A stretch of 64,000 nt of DNA from the human T2T-CHM13v2.0 reference genome, Homo sapiens (GCF_009914755.1 NC_060947.1), one strand, 5' to 3'. Counted from the first letter of the stretch, positions 52,594 through 63,890 are shown. Notes: generated from the sequence alone by a model not told the origin. Translations and numbers: made by a program.

Positions 52594-54140
52594 TCAAAGT
52601 AGAGCTCTAGCCACCCCCAGGAGTGCTGAGTGAACATGGAAGGACCCACTTGTGTCCATTGATCTCTCAGAGATGCTGGGGATTGTGGGTATACTCCCTT
52701 TTGGATTTCGGAGCTCCATGGATTTGTGTTTTGAGCTCTCTGAGTTTCTTTGAGCAAATTTCTGATTCAAACTGGGTTTGGAGTCATGACAGAAACTAGA
52801 CTGGGTTCAGCAATGGATTTGATCTGGGAATTAACTGGCTCGAATCCAGTTAGAGGCCTCTTACATCTGACTGGGTCAGAAAGGAGCTGGTAGTAAGCAG
52901 TAATATTGCAGGGGGTATAAAATTTGGCTTTTGAAAATTCACAGGGATTTTTGTGTTATACCACTTTGTTTCATGTTTCTTGTGTACTTAGGTAGGAAAA
53001 ATTATTGGCTAAGTTAATCAAGAGAACCTGAGCATAAAGCCAATATTTTAGGTAAAATGAGATCCTTAATTTCTAGAAAACTGAGTTCCTTCTGGTTTAT
53101 ACTTTAGGCCCGGGAAGAAGCAAAATCTTACAGAAATGGCAAAATCTTACTAAAGATAACTTATAGTGGAACATTCCGAATGAACAACAACGCATTGAAG
53201 TACATTTAAAAATGAAGGCTCTCAGTAAAGTTCCTTTTGGCTAAGAATGGGTTTAGTACTATAGCATGTCAACTGCTATTCTCTTTGGAAGAATCTGCCT
53301 TGCATTCTTTGCTGATGGCTGTGGGTGACAGGATTAGGCACATACAAGATCGTGAGACATGGGGAGCTTTTTCCTCTCTAAAAGGGGAAACTTGAGAGCT
53401 GATGGGACTGCTGGAAAAGATCCCTTTTATACCGAGAAGCAGTCGCCTGAACTTTTTAGTGTTGCTGCAATGGGTGGGTCTTTCTCTGGCCTCCCTGAGC
53501 AGCTCACCTTCCCCACCCTGCCATGGGCAATGCTTTTCTCTCTCTACTTTTCCTGTCTTATATTTTCTATTACTCAGGGCGACCATCTTGCCCAGAGACC
53601 ACATGTTGAAACTCCTGGTTGGAGGTTGGATTAACGATCATGGGGCCTAACCAGGGGCAAGTTTGAGCCTTGCCAGTTTGATATTGGGTGCTAATCAGAA
53701 TGTCTGTGTTTTGTCACATGTATTTTACTCTGGCCAGAGCAAAAAAAGATACTTTTCCTTTATGCTACAGCTTGGTCACAGTGCAATGGTGCAGAGAACT
53801 GAGTCACTAGGGCCACTCAGGGAAAGGAACCCAGAAACCTGGCATGCTGGCAAAAGGGGAAGAATTTCTTACCAGTCAGATTTCTTGCTTCTTTCTCTCT
53901 GTGCAAATGGTTGAATGGATGGTAAAAAATTACTGTTTATCTCCATCTTGTTTCACGTCCTTGGGAGCTTGACCTTGTAACCATATGACAATACTTTCTC
54001 TTGGTCTCTGCCTTCCAGAGAACAGGAATTTTAGGGTTTATGTCATAGTTAGCTCTAAAAATTATCTTGAGTAGTTAATAGCCTTTGCAAGCTCAACATT
54101 AATGACTGTAGATTCCTTCTGGGGAGGGCAATGGAGATTA

Positions 54141-54216
54141 CCCTCTGCTGTAGCTCAGTAGCTAAGGTTTCTCCTTTTCACACTGGCAGTCTGGGTTCAA
54201 TTCCCTGCTTAGGCAG
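54141..54216 (+). pseudogene. tRNA-Glu(TTC)-like relic inside the ERV internal region
   Basis: A box tagctcagtagc, loop ttTTCac, B box ggttcaattcc at tRNA spacing; stems degraded. Confidence 0.6.
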
Positions 54217-56724
54217 TAAGTCCCTTTTGGTTTAATATCTGCATGACCTTGTTTAGCCTCTTCTCCTCCATGGACTATCTTAAATTTTCTTTTCTCTGAG
54301 CACCTAGGAGGTTACCTTTGGTAAAGTTCAAAGGCCAGAAATATCGGCCCCTTGGCCTGGCTAAGGTTGGGTAATAAAAAATACTAAAAAGACTTTATTA
54401 CAGTGCTATGGTTAAAAGTCAGCTTAATTAAAAGCAGATATTCAAGCTCTAACAGCCTGTACACCTTGGGAAAAACAGGAGGCACCAGAAACTCCTTTCC
54501 TGGCCCTATTCTTCCAAGGGCTCCACCCTAAAGCCAATAACCAATTAAGAAACTTAAAAACTGGCAAACGAAAAATCTTACAACTACTGTAGTAATCTTC
54601 CGTCTGTCTGTGTAATTATATATGTGTTGTGTGTAATGTTTATATAAAAGAGCTCTAATTAATTGGCTTAAACAAAAACAAATGCTTAAATCAAGTATTT
54701 TAAAAGCAAAATAAAAACAGCTTTAAAGATTATTGATAAAATAAAGACATTTTGTCTAAATTATGCAGATCAGATATTAGGTTTGAAAATGCTTTAAAGT
54801 CATAACTGCTTTGACTTTTGAAAATTGTTCAATTTATTTTGGAGACATTACATTCTAAATAGGCCTGGGGATATATGGAATTAACCATGCTCACTAGCTA
54901 TGCAAAGAAGGTTATAAAGAAAAGAGATTTTATATAAGAAAGGATGTTGTATGGTAAATTCCTGTCCTAAAGTAAAATAACTGGGTGTTTAAAAAGAGGG
55001 GTGTTTAGGGCAAATCAGAAAGTCTAAACATGTTGTACATGGTCTGTGTAAGTCGTGAAAGAATTTATGAAAAGATATTTTTGCCAGAAATGTTGTACAA
55101 TTTAAAATTAGGCCTCCTAAATGCTTCCTAAAGTGCCACTATGACTCTTAACTGTACAGTTTGTCTGTTTTACAACTAGGTAAGGCCCGGTACACGCGGA
55201 GTTAGATGCTGGAAAGAGTCAGATCTTATCTGCATTTCTGTCTAGGTCCTAGGTTCCACACCTAGTACACAATTAAAATCCCTTACTTACCAAGGTTTTC
55301 ACCAAAAGTAAAAGTTGCTAAGAATTAACACTGTAATATGTAGTTGAGACTACTGAAAAAATAAGTTTACATACAAGGTATGTAAGGAGAATAAAGTGTG
55401 TTTTCATAAGAGATTATAAAAAGGTATAGAATGTAAATTTCTGCCTAGGTTAGAGGGTTAAAGGATTGTTTTAAATTAAATAAAGCTAAAGATTTGAACA
55501 AGTTGTGAAAGGTTTATAAAAAATTAATTGTAAAATATTCTATGTGTGGACATATTGGCTAAAGTGAAAATGGCATTATTCAGCTTTTTCCATAAATTGG
55601 ACATTGGAATAAAAGCTCAACAGAGTTTTATTAAAACATTGTTCTGCTCTGAGAAAAAAAAAATTTAAAGGGTTATAAAAGGTTTATAAAAATCTTAACT
55701 TGTGGTCAAACTAATTAAAACTGAATAGGTTTATAAAATGTTATTTAAAAGCTAGCTTTAACATCAAAAATACACTAATGGAAACATAAAATTTGGTTTT
55801 CTCTTTTAAAAAGTATTTTGTGTAATATCAAAAGACAAAGGTTTTTGTTTATCTTTTAAGTAACTACAAAGGACACAATGGGGAAGGGAAGGAAAGGAGA
55901 CAGAGTCAGTTGTCCTCATGCTATCTTCATTGGGTCTTGTTTGGAAAGCTGAGTCTCCTCTCTATCAGAATAAGGTTTTTTCCTTTAAAAAATTTATGAG
56001 TTATCATTTTGCTAAATAAATGATTTATGGTACCCTAAGATTTTATGTTGTAATATCCACTGTTTTAAACCTTTGGTATTTAACAAACCTTTCAAAATCA
56101 AGCTCTAGATTATCATGCTAAATCAGCCAATACTAAAATTGTTTAAGTACACAATTTGAATGAACTCCATGGTCTAAGTCAAATTACCTCTGCTAACCCA
56201 TTAGTTATCAGTCCTATGCACCTAAATTGGAGAAACAAGTGGAATGCAGAAGGACATAAGTCCAATGTTAAGCATGGACTCATGAATAACCAGGATGGCC
56301 ACCCTGTCTTTCCTGAGTCCTTAAAGCTTTTGTTATTAAAGGTTCTGCATTACATGAGTCGTCAAGAAAAAAAAAATCCAAATTAAATATATTGATGTGG
56401 TGACTTATAAATTGCAGAAATAATTTAAAACCAGTGTTTGGTTCCATATTTCTGGGAAGACAATCAAAGCTTCAGGTACATTTGGCTACCTGATAGGCCA
56501 TTTAAACATTTATAAAAGGATTTCATTCAATTGTCATTTTTAATTCATTTTTCTGGTTGTATAAAAGCTTTCCCATGCAAGAGGGCTGATGTTATAACAG
56601 TAGATTATTATGCTACAGTGTATTTTCACCAGGTAAATAAAGCTTTTTAATGGTTCACTGAGGACAATCTCTTCACAATCTAGAGCCCGAAGATTGGATC
56701 TTCTGAGAGTATCAGAGAAAGACC

Positions 56725-56781
56725 GTACTTGCCATCCACATTACAGCAAAACTTTGGAGCCTTGAACCTTGGGTTCATAAT
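56725..56781 (+). pseudogene. Integrase C-terminal relic
   Basis: translates VLAIHITAKLWSLEPWVHN, resembling the class I retroviral TAxKxxGxxPWxH motif. Confidence 0.55.
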
Positions 56782-57268
56782 CTCATAACTGGGATGGCTC
56801 CCTCCACACTCCTGGAACTGTACACCCACTGGAACCCTTAAGGTAAAACTAACCAGGAAAGTTTATCCCCAGAAGAAGATAACATCCTTGATGTGAACAG
56901 CTTTCCCCAAGATCACCAATCAAGACTTCTACTATCACTAGACTCTTATATTTGAACATTTTTTCCTTGTTTACGCCTGTATGAACAATAGAAATGAAAA
57001 GGGGATCTATTACTTGCACTTACAGGATATACTTTTATTTTTGAGGGATTTTGCAGCCAGCCTTCTACATGAATAACCGTATACTTTAATAGATAAAAGA
57101 TGAAGGTCCAATGTAGGTGAGAAACTTTGGTGGTACATGTGTTGCCTCATAATCAGTCAAAACTCCTCTTAACCCACATCATGGATTAAAGAGAACATTG
57201 CCAGGAGGCCTTCACTCTTCTAAAAGGACATCATTTGTTATGTCCTTTGTCCATGATTTAGAAAAAAA

Positions 57269-57450
57269 GAGGCAATAATTAGAAATGTCACCCACACAAT
57301 AGGCTTTACAGAAAATTCTACTTTAAAGGCTATCATTGCACAACAGACTTTAAATTCTCTTGTGAAAATTATGCTAAATAATAGAATTGGCTAAACAGAA
57401 AAGTACATGTGCAGCTGCTGACACTCGTGGCCTATGGAAAAATACATCAA
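57269..57450 (+). pseudogene. env TM relic
   Basis: EAIIRNVTHTIGFTENSTLKAIIAQQTLNSLVKIMLNNRIG* (heptad repeat plus start of the immunosuppressive domain), then TCAAADTRGLWKNTS (decayed CX6CC region). Confidence 0.7.
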
Positions 57451-58233
57451 ATGTAGATTATAAAAATTCAGTTGTAGAGGATTAATGAAAAGGCCACTTA
57501 GTCAAGCAAGTAGACTCTTCATCTAGCTCATTCTTTACTTATTTAATTTTAGGTGGTTTGGTTTATGGGGAACCTGGGTAAGGAGCATACTCCAAACTCT
57601 TGGTATTATTCTCTGAATAGTCATAATAATAGTCTCCCTGGTGTGCTGTATTATCTCAAAGGAGTTAAATGTTTTCCTGCAGCCATCTCTAAAACGTCAA
57701 ATGGTCTCTCTTCAACTGGAATGACAAAAGCTGAAAGAAATGTGTGACCATGATAACAACATAACCTATGAATGATGTGCTGAGACCAGAAACCCAAAAT
57801 GATGGTAACTGAGAGTGGCACTAAGGCCCTAAGTTTTGGTCACACTCTCACCTATGTGAGAACCTGGACAAAAAGAGGAAATTTTTTTAAACAAAATTAT
57901 AGGAGGCCATTATTTTGGACTGAACTTATGTGCTAGGCCCTAACAAACCAAACCAAACCAAACTAAAATGGAGTCACTTGTGCTAAATGTGACATAATCA
58001 AGCTAAGGCTTTAAGAAAACACATAGATCCTAAAATGGACCAGGTTTTTTCTCCTGTAAACATCATGTTCCAGTATAAGGAGGTATCCTCTACTCAGTCC
58101 TTATTCCCTCGTTGCAAAACGCACTGTTCTACTTTTCCAGTGGGTTTCAAAACCATATAAGTACATATACCATAGTGATAGTAACACCAGTGACTGAGAT
58201 TTTGGTCAATCTCTCAAAATTGAGAAAATGACC

Positions 58234-58245
58234 AAAAGGGGGGAA
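58234..58245 (+). other. Polypurine tract
   Basis: aaaaggggggaa immediately before the 3' LTR TG. Confidence 0.9.
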
Positions 58246-58843
58246 TTGTTAAACCAAACTAAATATGGCCTGAGAAGGACTCCATACTTCTATATTTGAG
58301 TCCTTGTGGATGAATTGTAACCTAGCTTAATAGTCAGACAAAATTGAAAACCAAACTTAATAGTATGCCCCTGTAACAATGGCTGAGTGTTGGCCAATCC
58401 CAGGAGTCTTACTTCAACTACTCATAGACTGCTGAATGTTCAAACTGCGTTCAAATAAGGCAAATGTTGAGCTGTAACCAATCTCACTGTTTCTGTACCT
58501 CACTTCCAATTCCTGTATGTCACTTTACCTTTTTTGCCTATAAATTTGTTCTGACCACGAGGCACCCCTGGAGTCTCTGTGAGTCTGCTGTGATTCTCGG
58601 GGCTGCCCAATTTGCGAATCATTCATTGCTCAGTTAAACTCTTTTAAATTTAATTCGGCTGAAGTTTTTATTTTATCAACGTAAATGTTTATAAATCAAA
58701 CATTAGAAGGCTTTTGTTGTACTTTGAGCCATGCCAGTTATTACGTGTGAGACCTTGGTTAAGTTACTTCACCCTCTCTAGGTTTCAGCTTTATTATTTG
58801 TAGAAAAAGCAACTGTAAAAAATCTTATAATGTAACAACCAAG

Positions 58844-59171
58844 TGAGACAGCCAGGTGGGAGGGGTCCCTGGAGAAACACCAACCAGCCTGCCCACTGAG
58901 GTAGAGCCTCGGGAAGTTCACGATGTTTGCAGCAGGGAGGAGCCTGGCCCTTCCTCTTCTTGTGTGGAATCTGGGATTCGAACTGCTGGGCTGGAAGCAC
59001 TCTAGCAGGGGCTTTGGCTTTGCAGAGGATCCGTGTTTCCCCTTTTTTCCTTTTCACCCAATAAAACCCTGCTTCACTCACCCTTTAAACCGTCTGCGAG
59101 TCTAAATTTTTGTGGCCCTGGGACAGACAAGAACCCCGTTTTTAGCTGTACTAAGGAAAAGTCCTGTGACA
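58844..59171 (+). mobile_element. MER61A-like solo LTR
   Basis: tgagacagccaggtgggaggggtccctgg...ctaaggaaaagtcctgtgaca; perfect TSD caag/caag; aataaa inside. Confidence 0.88.
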
Positions 59172-59667
59172 CAAGTAATTAGTAAAAGGAAATAACAAAA
59201 AGTTCCCAGGCAAAAGGATTATTCAAAATATTGAGATTACATTCATTAATTCCAATAATTTAGTGTTTCAATTATCTTTCAATCTTTCTGATAAGAAGTA
59301 GGTTTCAGTTAGGTGCTCCCATGTGGTTAACATCTTGCTGTCTTTCTAACACTTGCTAATCTTCCTTTTTAGCAAGTGAGAGCAAGCTTCAGCTCAGTGC
59401 TTCCAGCAGAAAATGGTCTCCGGCTAAAACTTAATGTTGTTTTGTGGTCATATTTATTTTTATCACTATGTTCTATTTATAGGAAGAGATACTGCCTTTC
59501 CACTTACTATAGTGACCAAGTTTCCTTCTAAAAAATTATCCAAATATAAAAAGTGAGTCAAATTCTAGAAAATACTAATTAAATAATACAGCTGATTATT
59601 ACATATAGCAAATATCACAAAGGTGATTCTAGAATGATTAAAGTTTGGGAAACAATGGATTATGTGA

Positions 59668-60064
59668 TTGAGGCAGAGACTGGTTAGGTGTTCATCAAAT
59701 TCATTTCCTTTTATTGGACACATAGGAAGATTATATTTTCCAGCCTCCGTTGCAGTAAGGTTGAGGCTAGGTGACTAAGTTCTGTTCTATGGAATGTAGG
59801 TGGAAGTGTTGTGTATCACTTCCAGTTCTGGCTCACAAAACATCCCATGAGTTCCTTTGTAAAGTAGCTAGTGTAGTGGCTCTAGAGGATGGTGAAACCA
59901 ACTGATGCATGGAGGCTAAATTCCTGAGTCCCCACTTGGAGGAGAGCTGCCAGGAACATCTGAATTGGACTTTGCACAAAAGAGAAACTTTTACTCTATT
60001 AAGTCACTGCGACTTGGGGATTATTTGTTAGAGCCACAGCAGTTAACCAACCCTGATTAACACA
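59668..60064 (+). mobile_element. MLT1I/J-like LTR
   Basis: ggcagagactgg; ttttccagcctccgttgcagt; taagtcactg..ttggggattatttgtta; ctgattaacaca. Confidence 0.8.
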
Positions 60065-60852
60065 GCAATCCATGAGGACTTCACTACTTAGCACAGTGAC
60101 CTGTGTGTAGTAAGTGCTTAGTAAACGATTGTTGAATAAGTTAATTTTGCTCTCATTTTAATCTGTCTTTACTCACAATTGTCTGTTGATAATGTTATTA
60201 GGTATAGGATTTAGGTTTCAGCACAAGTCTCAACCCTTGTTTTATGACACATTAGACAGCTCCAGTAATGTTAAATGACCTTAGCATTTTCAAAATAAAA
60301 TGAGTTTGAATTACTGTTTTAGAAAACATGCCTATAATACTTTTAGGACTCGGGTAAGCGGGGTTGAAAATAGGGTACCCTGTTACTCAAAAGATTTGAA
60401 ATCTCTGCCTTAGAATATGATTATGAATTCAGTGTTTTGGCAAAGTTTTAAAGATATCAAATGATTTAGAGTCTACTCTAGACTAGATTATTCCTCTGTC
60501 TCCAGAGGGAACTGTTTTACACGCTTGCAGATATGATAGTTGTTTGTACTTTATAAAATAACAACAACAGCAAGCAAGGTGGGGTTTTCCTAAGGTATTG
60601 TATTCTAAGGTCTTAGAACTTTCACATTCAGGAAACTCTTCTTTGGGGAGGATCAAATAAAATGGTATATGTTAAAGTCCTTTGCAAAACATAAAAGTAC
60701 TATACAACTATAACATTATTGTTAGCCACTGTTCTACCATTAAAGCCCATTTCCTTCTCTTTTGCTCTCTTAATCAGGTAACATAATTTTCTTTACTGAT
60801 CAGCCACTTAAAAGAACACCACTTGAAAGGCAAATTAGCAATATCTACATTA

Positions 60853-60891
60853 GCGACAGAGTGAGACTCCGTCTCAAAAAAAAAAAAAGAA
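60853..60891 (+). mobile_element. Extremely 5'-truncated Alu (23 nt plus A tail) with TSD
   Basis: gcgacagagtgagactccgtctc(A)n between agcaatatctacatta / agaaatatctagatta. Confidence 0.88.
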
Positions 60892-61019
60892 AGAAATATC
60901 TAGATTATAGATGTACGTATCTAAGTACTTGAATTAGATGAATGTTACGTTCCTGGAATAAGTAATATAAATTAGAATGGGAAAATCAAGGCTAATTTTT
61001 CTATAGAAAATATGTCATT

Positions 61020-61319
61020 GGCTGGGCACGGTGGCTCACGCCTGTAATCCCAGCACTTTGGAAGGCTGAGGCGGGCGGGTCACGAGGTCAGGAGAGGGAG
61101 ACCATCCTGGCTAACGCGGTGAAACCCCCTCTCTACTAAAAATACAAAAAATTAGCCGGGTGCGGTGGCAGGCGCCTGTAGTCCTAGCTACTCTGGAGGC
61201 TGAGGCAGGAGAATGGCTGAACCCGGGAGGCGGAGTTTGCAGTGAGCCGAGATGGCGCCACTGCACTCCAGCTTGGGAGACAGCGAGACTCTGTCTCAAA
61301 AAAAAAAAAAGAAAAGGAA
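61020..61319 (+). mobile_element. AluY-like, full length, perfect TSD
   Basis: gaccatcctggctaac.cggtg; many CpGs retained; TSD agaaaatatgtcatt 61005-61019 / 61320-61334. Confidence 0.97.
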
Positions 61320-61334
61320 AGAAAATATGTCATT

Positions 61335-61775
61335 GGAAGTAGTATGGTGGAGTCATTTTCTAATCCAGAGCTTCGTTTTCCTCATTTGTAATGTGGGAGA
61401 AATAATAGTACCTATTGGGTAGTGCTCTTGTCATGGTTGAATGAGATAATGTATGTGGTATACATTGCACATGTGAGGTACATAACCTGTGCTCAATAAA
61501 CAGTAGCTCTGACATTATTATGATGATCATCTGCACAGACTCTGGAGCCAGACTGCTTGAGTTCAAGTCCTGGCTCTGCCATGTACTAGCTGGGTAATCC
61601 TAGAAAAGCGATTTCATATCTCTGTGCTTTACTTCTTTCAGCTGTAAAATGGGGGAGATAATACCAGGGCCTACCTTATAAGGTTGTTGTGAGGTTGAAA
61701 TGAGACAACATATGTAAAATGCTTAGAAAAGGGTGCCTGGCACATCAGGAGAACTCAATAAATAGTAGCTATTAT
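61335..61775 (+). mobile_element. Two tandem MIRs
   Basis: ttcctcatttgtaatgtggg; tctggagccagactgcttgagttcaagtcctggctctgcca. Confidence 0.8.
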
Positions 61776-61809
61776 TCTTGTCTATGAGAAACCATTCTGG
61801 AAGGTGAGA

Positions 61810-62055
61810 AAAGTGTTGCTTTTGTCTGCTGCCTGATGCTCACAGCCTTCTCCACTTCATTCAGCAGAGACTTTGGTATCTGGATTAGAGAATTCTTTTT
61901 CATCCTAAATGCTGCCATTCCCCTAGGGGGTGTCATAATTGACATGGACAGGCAGAACACCACTCTGACCTCTCAGTTCTTTGACCTCTTAAACTTCAGA
62001 GGTCTTTACTTGCACATCACTTCAGCTACCTACTCCCATGGAAAGGAATATTCTT
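61810..62055 (+). mobile_element. L2 (endonuclease-region) fragment
   Basis: ctgacctctcagttctttgacctc...cacttcagctacctactcccatgg. Confidence 0.6.
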
Positions 62056-62060
62056 AACTC

Positions 62061-62391
62061 TGAAGATGGAAGGTTGCAGAGAAGAATCTGAACCAACAGG
62101 ACTTGCTAAGTGTCCCCCAGTTTATTACTATTAGATTATACCCACTTTGTTCAGTTCTGTTTCTCTATGATTATCCACTTCTTCATCAAATCTAGCATAA
62201 AAATCCACACATTTCTAAAAAATACACAGGTTTAATGGTTCCTTCAGGTCTTCATTTCCTTAGGAAAGCTCCTGTGTCACATAAAATGTATATTAAATAC
62301 ACATGTATGCTTTTCTCTGTTCAGTCTGTCTTTTGTAATAGGGGCCATTAACCTAGGATAGGGAAGAAAAAGATATTTTTCCTCCCCTACA
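62061..62391 (+). mobile_element. MER34-family LTR, 3' part
   Basis: gtcttcatttc...ctcctgtgtcacataaaa...gtatgcttttctctgtt...tttcctcccctaca. Confidence 0.75.
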
Positions 62392-62740
62392 CTAGGGACT
62401 GAATGTTTTGTGCTTCTAAAGTTTATATTTTGAAGCCCCTATCCCCAGTGTGATGGTATTTAGAGGTGGGGCCTTTGGGAATTAATTAGGTTTAGATGAT
62501 GTCATAAGGGTGGAGCCCCCATGATGAGATTAGTCCCTTTATAAGAAGAGGAAGAGACATGAGGTCTTTCTTTCTTTCCACATGTACACACCAAGGACAG
62601 GCCATATGAGGACATAATGAGAAGATGGCCATTTGCCAACCAGAAAGTGAGCCCTCACCAGACATCAAATCTGTCAGCCTTGATCCTGGACTTTCCAGCC
62701 TCCAGATCTTTGAGAAATAAATGTTTTGACTAAGTCACCT
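62392..62740 (+). mobile_element. MLT1A-like LTR
   Basis: gtgatggtatttagaggtggggcctttggg; ttataagaagagg; ggactttccagcctccaga; gagaaataaatg. Confidence 0.85.
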
Positions 62741-62744
62741 GTGT

Positions 62745-63435
62745 TTCCCCCATCATTTATTCCTTTCCTCCTGTGATAGTAGAGCAGTGTCTCTCCTCCC
62801 TTCTAAAGTTAATTTCTTCATCTGTCTGATCCCCATTTTCTTCACCTTCTATTCACTCACCTATGACAAGTGCTTTCTGTCTGTTTCTACTAGCTTTGTA
62901 TCAGCAGCATCAAAACGTGTTCAAGTCATTCAAGCCTTTAAAAATAAACAAATCAACAAGAAAATTTTATTGACCCAAGGTCCCCTTCTGTCTACTGCCT
63001 TAGCTCTTTCTCCCTATTCACAACCAAACCTCTTGAGAGTTGTCTCCTCCTTGATCTCCTCTTCCTCACCTTTGAGCACTCCACTGGAAATGCTCTCATC
63101 AAGGTCACGGGCAGCCTCATTGCTGGTAAACCCCGTGGACATTTTTAATCTATATCTTACCATACCTCTCTGCAGCCTCTGACCACTTGCTTTTGGAAAT
63201 TCTATTTTGCTTGGCTTCTGTGATAACCACCCTATCCGGGTTTCTTTCTTCATCTCTTCTTTCTTCTCTTTGCATAGCCCTCTTCCTCTGGCTGCCCCCT
63301 AAATGTTTGTGTTTCTTGGGAATCTGTTTAGGTCTCTTCTCATTCTACACACTCTCTTAAGGTAATCTCTCCTGCTCCTATGACTAATAATTCTCCTTTA
63401 GATCTGTTTCTTCATCAGATATATTGAGTTCAGAC

Positions 63436-63493
<58 letters not shown>

Positions 63494-63690
63494 ATACCTA
63501 TCTGTCATTTACACTGAATATCTGATAGACATCCAACTCAACATGTACAAAATTGAATGCATCACCCAACTCCCCCAACGTTTCCTCAAACTTCTGTGTT
63601 AATAATTGCCCACATCAGAAACCTTGGTTCAGAATTGTACCTCTTCCCTTCCCTCATCCTCTCTTCAACAGGTCCTGACATTTTTACCTG
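62745..63690 (+). mobile_element. L2 fragment
   Basis: ctccactggaaatgctctcatcaaggtcac; aactcaacatgtacaaaattgaa. Confidence 0.75.
63436..63496. repeat. (TA)n(TG)n microsatellite
   Basis: read directly. Confidence 0.95.
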
Positions 63691-63694
63691 AAGA

Positions 63695-63890
63695 GGTAGT
63701 AGAATATAGTGGTTAAGATCAAGCACCTGCTGCTAGTTGAGAGATCTTGGATAAGTTACTTAATCCCTTTGAGGCTCAGTTTTCTCTGCAGTGACCATGT
63801 TATGGGGTTGTGTGGATCAGGTGAGATAAAGCACGTGAAGCGCATGCCATAGAGCCTGACAAAAAACAAACACTAGCTATTGTTATTCAT
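63695..63890 (+). mobile_element. MIR
   Basis: tatagtggttaaga; ataagttacttaatcc...ctcagttttctc. Confidence 0.7.

Larger units (their letters stand above)
52439..58678 (+). mobile_element. MER57(A1)-type non-autonomous provirus: partial 5' LTR 52439-52573, internal region, complete 3' LTR 58247-58678
   Basis: 52439-52573 aligns to the last ~130 nt of the 3' LTR; PBS and PPT in the expected places. Confidence 0.9.

Noticed and set aside
54141-54216. Functional tRNA gene
   Set aside because: Acceptor and anticodon stems do not pair well; kept only as a relic.
52439-58678. L1-mediated processed ERV pseudogene
   Set aside because: The 3' LTR is complete with U5 and terminal CA, and there is no poly(A) tail or long TSD.
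58844-59171. p53 response element reported for some MER61 subfamilies
   Set aside because: No pair of RRRCWWGYYY half-sites is visible; only a weak partial (agcctgccc).
61920-61934. Second CTCF-like site cccctagggggtgtc (also ctcccagatggcagc at 1873-1887)
   Set aside because: Two mismatches in the core and located inside old repeats; too weak without data.
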